From Tubiluchus corallicola (lineage: Eukaryota > Animalia > Priapulida), in NCBI GenBank assembly GCA_030141605.1, contig JAQGDQ010001567.1:1-34562 (forward strand): DNA of 34,562 nucleotides, in the 5' to 3' direction. Every line of letters starts with the position of its first letter. Within the stretch, counting starts at the first letter, position 1. A program made the position numbers and the translations under genes. Of this stretch, positions 10,525 through 25,200 are shown piece by piece. The notes beneath the pieces were generated by a model. The model had not been told where the DNA came from. It searched no databases and saw only the letters and a program-made list of their open reading frames with translations.

Positions 10525-13500
10525 GTGAGATATTATGTAGATATTTCAAATTGAGCGTAGTAAAGAGCTAACACTTGCTGTGACAATTTCACTTAGACTA
10601 CAGTTATCTTATAGACCAGCTAAACTACTAGTGTATTTTTTAGTAAGTTGCTTGTGGCAGGCAGACGGCTGTTTGGCAGAATGCCATGACGTGATTTAGG
10701 GTAGTTTGCAGTATGGGTTCTTTTTTAAACACGTTGCAAAGCTTCCCAAATCAAAAATATCACTGAAACTAGTGGTCCAATAGAAAGATGCATCATTTAT
10801 CTGCATGTAAAGAATATAGCGATCTACTCCATGTTTAAAAAATGAATTTGTTAAAAGTTGGTGATAGTTAATAAATCTGTTTTGAATCCAACATAATACT
10901 CATAGTTTCAAAATTAACCACTTTCTAAAACTAGTTGTTAATCCTTTTGATCTGGCTTAATAATTGTGTTTAACTGTATTTGTCATTGCTGTTTTGCCAG
11001 ATCAGCATATGCTTTCTTATTTTAAAGGAAGCAAGTTGATTAACCTGTGACTTGGGCCTTTACAGCTATAAACCACTGTCTTTTTTTAATTTTATAGTAA
11101 TTTATTTCATATCATTTTATGTAATTTCAAATTTTTGCTGAGCATATTGACATGTAAATTGCAATTTTTTTTAATTGATGATGTTTTGAATCAAAATATT
11201 TCCCATGCATTAGTTTTGTTACTTTGTCACTTGGTTGCTATGACTCCTCCGTTAATTGAATTCACAACCTGCAAGTGAAAACCAGGGATATTACTGATAA
11301 TTGCACTTTCGGTTGGATTTTGTTTTCAAGTTTTGTAGTATTTATCCAGCTTGCCTTTTTTTCTGCTAGATGTTAAAAATTACTGAAAATTTTGGGTTAT
11401 AATAGTTCAAATAAAGCATAAATATTTATTTATTTAATTTTCTGCACTATTTGTAGCATACTTTTTACGGCAATGCAGCATATCTTCAGTACTGAGGACT
11501 GTGAAGCTTGAAGGTCACCCAAATATGATTAAAAGCGTAATTTGCACAAAACCAAGTTTAATTTTATAATTTATGAAATTTAGGCAACAAAATATTCGCA
11601 AAATAAAATTTGTCAGTTTTTTAGCTTCTTGATATTTAATCATTGTTCTACTCTTTTATTAGGATTTTTTGTCTAGCTACTTCAGTTAAACTTGCATCAG
11701 AGCAATTATAAGCAAACATGCAAAAGCAGACTATTTTATTTATTTTGGAATTTTTTTTGGTTTTGATAATAGTTGGTTTTGCAAAAATGATTTCGGATCG
11801 GTTTTGTTTCACTATCAGTTTCCTATGTTTCATAAATTTTGGTTTTGGTTTCGGTTTGTAATTTCAGTTTTGGTAACATCCCTGGTGAAAACCAAGAAAG
11901 CCATTGACCCACTGCTACGCTAAGCTATCTTTATAGCTACTTCATTATTTAGAAGTGCCATATCCAATTTTTACCACAAAACTTTTGCACATGGAACCCT
12001 GATAGCTAAAACATCCTTTTTTTGCGCACATGTCAATCAGCTACTGATAAATTTGTTGAAGTTATACATGTATGATGGTTTTCGTACTGAGTTGAATCCT
12101 TGTTGTAAACCTGTTGCTCTTAACGATTCTGTGTACATGCTGTATAAAATGTGTTTTTGTGTGTTTTAACTTTCATACAATTTTATAAACTTTTATTATT
12201 TTGCAGAGAGATCTGATCGTCCACCATTACCACCTAAACCGGTGTTCTCTGCAAGTAAAAAGTGTCTGGCTTCTGACAGGTGTGATAAAACTGAAATTTG
12301 TCTTTTCCAGCTATTTTTATACTGGATATTGTTATGTGTAGATGTTGTGAATATCCCATTATAAGAATAATAATTGCATTACTACAAAGCCAGGTGTGCA
12401 AAGTAGCTGTTGAATAAATTACGTAATAGCTTTTTCCAAACAGGCTGAATGGAATGTGCATTATAATGCATACATGTCCAGTAGTGTGATGTTGCCAGGT
12501 AACAAGTGACCTTGACCTTATTTCCACAAGCCACTGCAGAGGGAGCAATCAGTTTTTCTGCATCCACATAGCCCAATGTAGGCTTTATAAACGGATGCAC
12601 GAAAAATAGTATAAAGTCATTTCTATCTATAATGCAAATCACATACATAGTAATGCATACTCGCTTCCCTGCATCTAGGAATTACGGCTCCTTATGGTCA
12701 CACTCAAAACTATCAAACCAAAACTGGGTTTTAATACTAGCTTTGACAAATGTCCCACCAAATTAAGTAGTGACCCTTCACCCTAGTTAAGATTTTCGCA
12801 AAAGATGCCTACATAAAGCTATAGCTTTGCTTCCAAGACCCTCACTTTAACACACCTGGGATGTTTTTTCTACACACTGTTTCCGCAAAGAACAAAAAAA
12901 CGGTATTTTTGAAGTTTTCCTTTACAAACCTCTTGGTATGGGTTTGGAAAGAAATTTATAGCTCTTTGAAAAGCAGAGAAGCTGGCTATGTAGTGATGTC
13001 GTCTCATTTACGAATGCCTCTATTAGGTGTAAAGGTTACAATTTACAAGTTATCTTCAGAAAACAATTTTTCTCTACTGTAAACTTACTTCGTTTTGTTG
13101 TGCTAATTATCCATATTTTTACCTTTCTAGTAAAGCCACAATGGTGGAGAAAAATCTGCTGTTGTCTAGGAGGCTGATGTTTGAACACAAACAACACACA
13201 CCAAGTGCTGCTCAGTTACCAGCAAATTCTCCGGTTACTGACGGCAGCGGTAACTTATTGTCTGATCGTAACCAGAATGTTGTTGGTTCAAAAGTGTCAA
13301 ACGATTCCAATCAAAATACTGCTCATTCCAGGTGCCAAATGTCAACCTATAATCCTAAATCAGCGGACCAATATGCAAGACTTGAGAATGCTGGTGAATT
13401 GTCACCTCAATCAAGTCTTGTTAAAGTTTCCATAGAACGTCTTATGCAGCGGTCTGGATCTTCAAATTCATTAGATGGTGGAGAAAAAACTAGTCAAGAC

Positions 13501-16213
13501 AGAGTTTTTTTGTCGCCCGAGAAAAAACGAGTTGGGAATTTACCAACAACGGACACAGACAAGTCTAACACCAAGCCTTGCCAAGTGATAAACAAGTGTG
13601 ACGAATACAGTAAAACAGTCAATACAGACAATACTGTCAAAACTCCTCCTAAACCAACTCCAAGAAAATCTCTTAGACATTTAGGCCTAACTCCAGCATC
13701 AAATGGCAGCCCAGTCATCACTAAGAGTCACTCGGCTGACATTTTAAGTCCCAATTCTTTCGGTGCAAAGTTAGGCGATTATGAGGTGGGCGAGAATCAG
13801 AACATCCAAGAACTGTGTGATGATATTATTGCAATGACTGAAAAGTTTAATGATAAGTTCGATGATGTTTTGCTTGATGGACATCCAGAATTTTTACGTC
13901 CGCTGTCTCCCGTACGTTCATGTTCAACTTTGGACGAACAAGGAGTCGAAGTTGGCAAGAAAGAAATTAAAGTAAAGCGCAATAAATCATTTGGCGGATT
14001 CAAGTCACCTTTCTCAACTAATTTTTTATCATTGTCTATACCTGGTCTTTCCTTTGGTAACAAAAGTGAAGAGTCAAAGCTAGGTGAGAGGAGTCACAGC
14101 ATCGATGTTGACAAACTCTGTGTAAGTCCAGAAGTGCAGCCAAGTGAAAAAAGAAATTCTGGCGTGACAGTATCAATAAAACAGTTTCTTAAGAGCTCAG
14201 CTCAGAAACTTCCTTTAATCACTGGTGCTGATAAGAAAGATGGCACTGCGGCTACACAGACGGTATGGTTTGATTCACATGTTGATCAGTCATCTGATGT
14301 GGTCATGAGACCGAAAAGCATGCATCGGAGCAACCGCCCAGATGCTACTGTTAATGCTACACATCTTCCTACGGGTGCGGACCACAACATTGCAGAAAAT
14401 CGTGATTTTAGTAATTTTATGCGTACAGTTGTTAGCGCAGGTGTGAAATGTGATATTAGTGAGCGTAGTACAGTGACGGGTGCTCAGACTAATCAAAATC
14501 AATATTGCTCGTACGCTTTATCAACTGGTTCTGAATCCTCACTTCCTGAACCAGTGCCTCCACCTCGTGCCAAAAGATTGAATCGAACGTTATCCGTATG
14601 TAGTCGAATCGACTCCGAATTGATCACTTTTAATTTTGAACGAAGCTTAAGTCTTCCAGCATCCAGACGGAGTCATACACCTCCTGACAGTAGCCAATCT
14701 GAAAACTACGCTGTTGGCTTAAGAGATAAGTATGAAGCAGAAATGATAGATTTTATGGACAAATCTAGTTCCAGTAGTGACAGTGATGTTGGTGATGACG
14801 TCAGTGAGAAGGTAGAATGTTTGTATTTTTTGACAACTTCCATTACTTAGTGTTCCTTGTAATAAGCCTTTTCACAGTTCCAGCGATTGATGATGACAGT
14901 GAAAAGGCCAAAGGCTGAGTGAATCAGACAACGCATTTGTGTAAACTTGACAACGCTTCACAGTAACGATACTGACAGAACATGTCACATGACAGTTATA
15001 GTTGAGACACATTGTTGGTTTCAGTTAACTTCACCTTTGGCAACAGCAGTTGTGCATAGTATTACTGTGAAAAGGCTTATAAAATCCAGGGTTCCCACGA
15101 TCAGGGAAAATCCTCGAAAATACAGGCCATCCTGGAAAGTCGTGGAAAAGTCATGAAAAAGATAATTTGGTAAAAAGTCAGGAAAGATGATGAAAATGGG
15201 GCGGAAAGTCAGGGAAATTAGAAAGGATTGCAAAAATAAACACTGTGAATTGATATTTTTTCAAACATATTTTTCAGCGATTCGTGTTCAAATAAAATTT
15301 TGCTCTTTGGCAGGCTTGACACATCATATATTATTATATGTATGAATGTCCATACACAAAAATGCTTGAATATGTATACTGGTAATGCAATTTCTGCTTG
15401 TCTTGGTCATGGAAAATCAATATTTGGTCAGGGAAAAGTCAAAGAAATTATTTTAAAATTCTGTGGGAACCCTGCTTATTGTTATAATCACAAAGGCTGG
15501 TTTTATGATTGAATTAACTGGCATTCAGCTACAAAATTATTTAAAAATTTAACTTATTCAGTTCAGTACCACAATAAACTTAAATAGCTGCTGTATTGAG
15601 ATTAAGATTAAGTTAAACCAGCTACTAATTTTAATTTAAAAATAGTTTTACTAAATATTTGTTTATTAAAAAAGTGCACACAAAACATTTTGCTCCTTAA
15701 CGACCTTCTATTAGAGCTTTCTTTCTATAGTTTTCAAAACATCGGTAGCTTTTTTGGTCACGGCGATGGGCTGTTAATGGTTATTAACCCAAGTCACTAA
15801 TGATGGCCGCTGGTTAACGGTCATTGACATTATGTGATTCTCATTTACGATTATCATTGTTTAAGTAGTTCTGAACGTTCATATGCAGAAAATGTCGCTT
15901 ATATTAGTTATAGTAACAACAATATTAATGAGATGCATTCTTTTTAGAAAATTACACAGAAAAAGAAAAGTGTTTTCTTGATAGCTAAAGAAGTGATGAC
16001 ATCAGAGCAAACATTTGTTGATGTTCTTAAACTACTAAATGAGGTTTGTTTTAACTCCTTTTACTTTGGTTGAGCTATATCAATCTTGTTTAACTACATC
16101 ACATTTTGAGGTTTACTCTTGGTACAAAAAATTGTTTTTGGCCACTTGTACGCATTCTGAATATGCACAATTCTTACAAAATAAGGTAACAATGATAGCA
16201 ATAGCATTGTTGT

Positions 16214-16253
<40 letters not shown>

Positions 16254-19200
16254 AATGGCAGTTACAATGATGATATTTATATGGCAAGCTTATCACAGGT
16301 GCCAAGAGCTTTATAATCAACATATATAACTGTGCAATATAAACACCCTCATAAATTAAGCGTGAAAAATTTGTCTTGAAATTTTGTATGGATCGCTTAC
16401 AATAAAAAGTCTTACATGCTGTCTTATTGCATACAGAGCTTGCATTAATAGTAACAGTGTATAAAACTTGTAAATTTAAACTCCTGCCCTGACCATTAGG
16501 TGCATTCATTTTTGCGGCAAGCCGTTTGCTATAAGTTTAGACAACATTGTGTCAATTTTGAAAAATAATCGTAACGTTCGCCACACGCTCTTTTCGCTAA
16601 CTAAACAAAAGTATAAATTACTTTATCATGTCAGTAAGGTCAATAATGTGTTTTTGATGAACCAGTGTTGCACACTGGGGTGGCGATGCAGTGCTGTTTT
16701 ACCAGGTGATACAAACATTTTATATTATTGAGAACTTGCTTTTCCAGTTACATAAGTTTTTCAAACAACTAAACATAATATAACTTTGTATAGAAACTTT
16801 TTAAGACATTTTTAAAATGCCTTTTCTTCCCCGTTAAGCCTCAATAATCAGCAAAATCAATCATAAATGCGTAAATTTTCAATAACTTTTTTAAATCAAC
16901 TATTGAGGTTTCCTGATATGTTAGTGCAACTCAGTCCATAAACATGGAGTAGAAAGATTGGAAGACTTTCATTCATACGTCTTTAAGTTATGTGATTTTC
17001 TAACCAACTGCCTACTGTGCTGTGTGCTTTGCACAATACACAACTAAGTTCACAAAGAGTTACTAAATCCGTATGTAGTCTACAGCCTTAGCTTTAATTA
17101 CTTTGTAAACAAATAATAAAATTTTTGAACTGTTTGCATGACTGAATTGGTAACCAGTGTAGTGGGTTCCAGACAGGTGTTATGCGAACGTGGTCTTAGC
17201 TATTCTTTAGGCAGCAGAATTTTGAACATTGATTTCAACACAAATTAATTGATTTATTTTGGAGTTTATAATTTTTTTGTACGTTCATACACTTAACTGA
17301 CTCAGTCATATAAAAGCGTATTTTTCAATTTAAAATGTCAAATGCAATAACTATAACATCGCTGTTTTTTGCCGAGGACGCAGCTTTGTTTTTCTACTGG
17401 TCTCGATCAGAGTTGCCACTTGAAATGCTGCTGATTATGATACTGGGACGCTAAAAAATATCATATTTTCCACTAAATCAGTGATTTGCTGCTTATCCCA
17501 TAATAATCAGACCATACGTTCATTCCATACAAAAAAGATACTAAACTATAATCCAAAATTATACAATAATTTATTAATGCAAAACAAAAAGGCTAAAAAA
17601 AAACAAATCGTAAAAAATGTGCATTGAAAAAATTTAAAGCAATATTGCTAACCAGTGGGAAGTAAACTTTAATTTCAACTGATTTTAAATATTCCACAAC
17701 TAAGCTTTAAATATTCTCAAAGCTTTAAAAAAATTCAAATCCCTCCTTACTAACGTTTTTTCAGCTCATCAGGTAAGGCAAAAATTGATTTTTTTGGCCA
17801 GCCCAGGGCTTGTGTAACACTCCACATCAAACTGAGTGAGATATTTACAAATACAAGTAAATGTATACAAATGGTATTTTACAAATTTGTAGAAATTTAT
17901 ATAACAAAAAAGTAGTGATTATTGTTTGGTCGCCAATTTCTAAAAAATTAAGATTATTTTCATATCTATTGACAAAATGTTTTTTTAGGATTTTCGCACT
18001 GCGTTGCTTGATGCTGGAATAGAATATGGCAAGCCAGTGATCAATGAGCAAACTTTGAACCAAATTCTAGGATATTTCCCACAACTACAGCCATTGAACA
18101 CCAGCTTGCTAAGAGATCTCACTGAACGAATTAGTAACTGGTATGTTATGCTGTAATATAATGTTTATGAAACATCTTATTGCTATTTTATTAAGTAAAT
18201 GCGTGTAGTGTGAAAAAACTAGGAGTGCAGTAAGGTGCATAAAAATACAAGCAAAAAATAAAAAATAAACTTAAAAGCTATAGTAAAGTATCAAACATTT
18301 CATGTCATTTAAATAATATACACACACGTATCATGACATACGCACAAATTTACACTTTTATTAGTGAAAACAGCACTGCATATATGATGAATGTAAACAA
18401 ACTGCAAGTTCACAAACATGACTTGTCTCACCTTTCCTGAATTTTAATCACTTTCTCTGCAAATTGCACAATATAAATTTGCAAAGTCAACAGCTATCAA
18501 AAATGTTATAGTACATGTACAACAGTGTGGAAATAAGCTAAATAATGATAAACATTATGAGAGGAAGAATTAAAGAAGAAGAATTTATTAGTTACTTAAA
18601 ATGCATTAACCTTAAAATGAGCAAATGGAGATACATAAATCTAACACACACGCATGTATACTTATGCATATTACCCATTACGAAATTTGAAATTAAAATC
18701 AATAAACACGTAGCCTACAGGTACATACGGATTAATAAACAGATTAATATAAAAAATATCATAAGTTGACATTACATATAAACCAGTGAAAATTAATTGG
18801 CCTGAGTGCACACTATTGACTATTTTAAATAAAGCAAAATTGTAATACACGCATATATATATATATATAGATATATGTACACAAACCTATAGAATTAATG
18901 TACAAATGTTTTTGACTCTCTCAAAATTAAGTATGAAAAACTGTGCATGATATTTTCCATACTATTGTTTGTTCATAAATTCAATGGCAATAAAATGAAC
19001 ATTCAACCGGTTTTCATTTTTAACTAATAAATACCTGAGATTGTAGCAGTGTAATTTAAACAGCATAAAATTTTTAAATCTTTTATAATAAAAGCGATAT
19101 CAGTTTTTTTTAAACAACTCTGTATAGTCAATTGCATTACTTTATATTAGAAAAACCCAATGTTTGTACAGCACACTAGCAGGCATCTTCAGCAAGTAAA

Positions 19201-22200
19201 AAATGATTTAAAATTTGGAACAAAAGTAAGGCATTATGGCAACAACTATGAAAACAATAGTCAAGACATAGAGGAAAGGCCAAAAGATGTAATAAAAAGT
19301 TATCATTAATGATTAATTAAACCTTGATTCTGGTGTACAGCTGAGTTAAATTTTTTTACAATAAAGCAAATTCTAGGCCTTTCTAACTGGATATAAAATT
19401 TTTGCAGTGTTACAATCAAAGCTGTTAGAGAGAAACTAAATGCCTTTCATAAAATAGCCTAGACGCACTAATGTGTTTTGGTCCGGCATGTCCTAAAAGG
19501 TTAATGGTTTCTATAAGAAAGTTCTGGGAAGTGTTTACCATTGCCATGGATCCGCTTTTTGCAGAAATTTAGAACATGCATTGGTGGGGCAGATCCATTT
19601 GTACATTAAAATTACTGAAATCATAACAATGTGTAGAGCAGATCCATTTAACAGGCATTTTTCCATATTGGGAAAGTAAAAAATTGGCTGCTATGATCTG
19701 CCCAATGACCCTTAGGATCTTCATGCAAAATTTAAATGTCCTTTAATGAAAACTGTGGCTTGGCCTGGATTGGTTTTCAAAAATAAATGCAACATTGTTT
19801 ATATTTTCTTACTATTTCCTTGTTCTATTTTAGGGAAACGAATCCAACAATAGCGGATATCTTATGCTGGTTTGGACCATTTCTGAAATTGTATACCTCA
19901 TATATTAAAGATTTCCAGCAAATGTGTGCAGTATTCGACAACGAATGCAAGAAGTCTCCTGGATTTAACAGTGTCGTACGGAATTTTGAAGTATGTCTTT
20001 GTGTACAATGCATCTTGTTTTTAAAATTGTGTCAGAATATCTTCTGTTGAATTCCAGAATTTAACCAACCTACTGACTCATTTAAAAAGCAAGAATTAAT
20101 CCAATAGGTAATTTTATTGAAATAAAGAATTGTGAAATAAGTCAATATTGAGATTAGTATCTTGATACTTAGGGTCATAGTAACTAATATGCATACTAGT
20201 GCATAATACTCGTGCATGCTCGACACTCAGCATATGCACAGGCAGGTGACTGAGTGAATCAAGTTTAGCAGCTATAAGTGTAATTCCAAAATTTCAATAT
20301 AGTGCAATGACAAGATACACTTGATAAAATTGTATTTGCTTGAACTCTACTATAAATTTAATTAAATATTTCTTTTGGTTAGATTGAGAAATGTGCTGGG
20401 TTAGGTATAAAAGACTACATGCTGAAACCAATTCAACGAATTCCTCAATACCGGTTACTTATACAAGGTTGGTAATTAAATATTTTCCATTGTGTGAGCT
20501 GTATGAATAAAACTTTGTAGTTGATGACATATATCAGTCAGTTATATTTCTGTTCTGAACATTTATTATTGCTCAAGAAGCTTCATGGTTCCCTATTATG
20601 CTTCTGGTATTGCCACCAGTTCAGTTGAAGCAATTGTTTCATGCAGCCATGTATTCATTACTACCATATCACTTCTTGAGGTTTTCCAAATTCCGTGAAA
20701 TTGTCTTTCAAGAAGATTCCAACATCTTCATTCATTCTGCAATGATACCGTAGCAGTTCGTGTACAACGTTTATTGTACAATGTTCTTGTACAATGTTTA
20801 TGTACATTGTTTGTGTACAATGTTCTTGTACAATGTTTATGTACATTGTTTATGTACAATGTTCATGTACTATAATGTATTAAAATGCATGTTTCTTGTA
20901 CATTTCTTGTGTATTTCAGATTATTTAAAACATTTGCCGGAGTCGTCGCCTGATTACAAGCAAACAGTTGGTGAGTAATTTTTTTTAAAATATTCAGATA
21001 TTTAACACAAATAAATTATAACGAAAGCTCGGTGTCTTCATGAATTTATCTTACTGTTAATAATCGCTGTTGTTTTTTTTTGCAGTTGCATTGAAGATTG
21101 TTGAAGACGTGGCAAATCATGCTAATGAAACTATAAAGAGTGAGGTGAGCTTTCTGTTCTCACATTCACAGCAGCAGAGTTCAGTATAGCTTAAAGTTGT
21201 TATCAAAGAGTGCTGACTTTTTCTAATTGTGCATCTCAGTGGCTGCGAAGTTAAGCTATATCGTAGATGTCATAGACAAAATTTTAACATCAAAGAAATC
21301 TGTGTTCAAAACAGATCAACCAGTCAGTTAGTTAAACAACTACTAGACAATAGCATTCAAATGTAACAATTTAAAGAAATTTATTGAAACATAAAGAAAA
21401 ATCCCGGGAAGGGTGTCAGACATACTAATAATGTCTGCAGTCATCTTCCACTTATACCACTTCCTTTGAAAGTGGTGCTGGCATGCCATTGGTGTAGCAA
21501 TGTCTAGTGTTTGCTAGACTAACTAGTGTGTTTACCAGTTTTGAAGGCACGTTTATTTCCGTGGGGCAGATGGTAGAGTTCTGTCTGCCCAATGTCTATA
21601 AAGATGTAATGAGTATTTAATGATTTTGATGACTTGTAAGAACTGGGAAGATGGATGCACAGTGACCTTGTGCCAAAAACTACAGGTCGTGCCTTCTTTA
21701 CTGCCAGCCTCAAAATTTACAGACAGAAGCTTCCCATTTGTATACATGCTTATTGCTCAAAGTACTAAATATGTAAACACGAACATCATCCACACAATAT
21801 CATTAAGCTGACTAAATTTTCACCTGTTACGGACAGGAAAACTTCCAGAGATTGTTTGAGATCCAGGAAAGGTTGCTGGGTGGTAAGAAAGAGATAGTGA
21901 AGCCAGGGAGGATGCTCATCAAACAGGGAGAACTAATGAAGTTGTCACGCAAGGAGCCTGCGCCACGGATGCTGTTTTTGGTAAAACGATAATATAATAG
22001 TCCCTCATTTTATTTTCCTTAAAGAAATTGCTGAGAAGTGCTGAAAAAAACAAAAACAGAAATCAAGGTGACAATAGTTAAAAAAAATACTAAAGTTTGA
22101 AAAAATATTATTAGATTTTTTATTATTAGATTTATTTATTTATCAGTTTAGCACAACACTATAAAATACAAATTATTATAATTACAAATTGACAGTGCAT

Positions 22201-25200
22201 TGCAGTGTTATGTGCATAATTAACTTTTAAGCTAAGCTTGACGTGGATGACCATTAATTATGACATAAACAAATAATAAACAAGTTAATTGGAGTAAAAA
22301 ATGTTTTTATTTGTTTTTTAAGTGAAAAGAACAATTAAACATTAATAAAACAGAAAAGTGTCAATACTCGGAGAGGCTAATTGATTTCAGACTTCAGCTT
22401 ATATAAATTGCTTGTCAGCAAAATATTAAACATTTACTCAGTGGCATAGCTAAAAATATGACATATTTTTCTAGATAGTCATGATTCAATAGTTGAAAAT
22501 TCTTTCAATTTTTCTAGCTGAATGATATTTTACTGTACACTGTGCCACATCCCAATGGACAATATAGACTCAGTGCTGCCTTAAGCTTGACCGGCATGAG
22601 GGTTTGTTGACGATTATTAATTTTCATTAATTACTTCTTATTGATGTGTATTATGAATTTTTATTATTAATTAATATGGTTGTTTAAGTGCTCCTTAAAT
22701 ACTAATTGTACACTTTGTCTTTCATGTATTGTATTTCATTATCTTTGTAAGGAGAGGACCTTTCGTACCGGTTTCTCTAATGTTTTGTCCAGGGGTTTGT
22801 AAAATAAATATATTTAAAGGAATGGACACCTCATTCAGCATGCAGTGTTCATTTTACTGCTAGTGATCTTTATCTCTTTTAGGGCTATTTCTTTTCGTGC
22901 ATGGACTCAATAGCTTAAACACAGTGTGTGTACCTAGATAAAAAACAAAGACAACATTTATTTACCATCACTTATTTAACAAACAACATTACCACTAACA
23001 GCTATTTAACGATACTTGTAAAGGCTCGATACACAAACAAAGAATGTATGTTTGTAGGTGTCCTGCCATTGACAGGCACAAGTCTCAAATTCAAGACTGC
23101 ACAGTTGCAGTCGAATATCTGAAACACTTAGCCGCCCAACCAGGACCATCTGTACTAAGCGAATTCAATAGCCATTAATTTGTTGATGTGTTTTGTTCTT
23201 GAAGGTCCGGCTATTATGTCCATACAGTCTCCCAAGCCTCACCAGTATTGCTATATTAGCAAAAAACATCCTGTAGTTTTTTGACCAAAACTTCTTTTGA
23301 TTTGTCATTTAAAATAGGTATTATTTTGCAAATACATGCAGTAGTTTACTTCATGAATTTTTTAATGCTAACACAAAGAAACGGAATCAGATCCACAACT
23401 CACTCACAATTATGTAATAGTAATAGTTTTTGTTTTTTTATTTTATTTGAAAATTTAAGTTTTTTTGCATTTTTTAGCTCATCATAGTGTCTTCTGTTGC
23501 AGGTTTCAAAACCAGAGCTGGAAGCTTATAAGAATGAGTTTAATGTTGAGACTGTTGAAAAATCTTTTAAATTGGCTGCAAGGTGTGTTATAATTTTATA
23601 TTTTAATATTGTAAACTGGGACAATAATCGACTGTGTTTTGTTTGTCTGCATTAGTTTTTAAAATGTATAGCAAATACTACAAAATCATTATTGCTAGTG
23701 TCTTAACAAAAGACTTTCAACCAATTTGCCTTTATATTTATCAATGTTAAAATTGCAGCATTTAACCAAGCATGAACTGAGGTGAATAGAGTTATCTCTG
23801 CATGTCAGAGACTAATTTGTGAAAGTGGAGTAGCGAAGCGAAGGGTTTGGCCGTACTGTGCGATAGCTAAACTTATCAGCTTCCTTCCTTAAACATAACA
23901 CACTTTCGACCACAACAAACACACGTATATGAAAGATATTTATTAAAGACTAATGTATTTATTCTTAACGAAAATATGAAAAATACTGAATAACTAGGTG
24001 TTTAACTTTCTAACTTTTCTTTCGACAAAAAGAATCACTAAGTTAGTAAGTCAATTACTTCTCATAGTTGAGCAAAGATAATTTTTTATAAATTTTAGGT
24101 TAGAAAAGCTCCGGTCGCAACTAGCCACACTGACAGCTCGTGAATTGCACGGGTGATTTGACAGAATCACAAGTATTTTTATTGTCGGTCTTATTAACAG
24201 AAAGTATTGGCTGCCCTGTGCGGTCCACACAACCCCACATCCCAAGCTATGTTGGATGAGAGAATGTTTTTTACCCTGCTGATCCTAGCTCAAAAAAGCG
24301 TTTAAAGGGATGGAAAATAAAATTACTTGTCAACATCATATAATCTTTCAGTGAATCAGTGGTGCAGTGTACCAAATACGTAAAATTAACATACAGTAAT
24401 TGTACTAAAAATAAACATACATTAAACCTGTATTTATGAGCACCAAAACTCTGTTGACAGAATTGCATTTTTGCAAGGGAGAGAGAGAATTTCAAAATCG
24501 CCAAACTGCCTTAAAACTAGCACTAGGGAAAAATCCAAAAAAATGCATATTTTATGTTAAAAGTGAATACTTTTGTATCATCATTTACTCAGCACGGCTT
24601 CAGAAAGAGACGAGTGGGTGGAAGCCATCACTACTGCCATCCAATCGAATGCAATGAGACGAACTACGTTTGGAGTGAAGCTTCGGCAGCCTTGCGTTAC
24701 GGTAAGAGTTTATTTTAAATTGGTGCCTTCATTTCAGGAAAAATGTGCATGTGAGTGTAGTGTTAATAGTATGTATATAGTAGAAGGGTGTGTATAGTAG
24801 TGGTATGTGTGAGTAATGTGTATATAGTAGTGGTATGTGTGAGTAATGTGTATATTGTAGTAGTATGTGTAGGAGTTGAAGTCGCAATCATTTCATGCCT
24901 GGGGACGCTTATTTTGCACAAATAACAACGTCGGCATGCCGTCAAGGGTGCAGCAAGTTTTCCAAAACTCGTTTTATTTAGCAAACTAACCAGATCAATG
25001 CGTTATCACAAAACATGAAACCCCCAGGTCACAGCCGATTTTAGAGGTCACCCAAAAATGAGGACCCAAAATGTGCAGAAGAGGAACAAACAATGGCTAG
25101 GCATAGCAATGAATCACAGGACATTTCTTGTCAATTAAAAGAAACCCTTTAATTATCTCAGAATTGAGTTTTTTTATTATTTACTTATGTCTGATGTCTA

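Noticed and set aside
13141-14850. 569-aa ORF as a standalone intronless gene
   Set aside because: Bounded by in-phase splice sites linking it to the PPLPPKP exon and the DH exons.
16039-16509. Poly-Met and poly-His ORFs
   Set aside because: Artefacts of an intronic (GAT)n microsatellite.
18425-23240. Possible nested antisense gene (exon-like patches near 18430-18456, 20661-20740, 21420-21750, 23050-23240)
   Set aside because: Could not be joined into a coherent frame or a recognisable protein; the splice-like sites may be chance.
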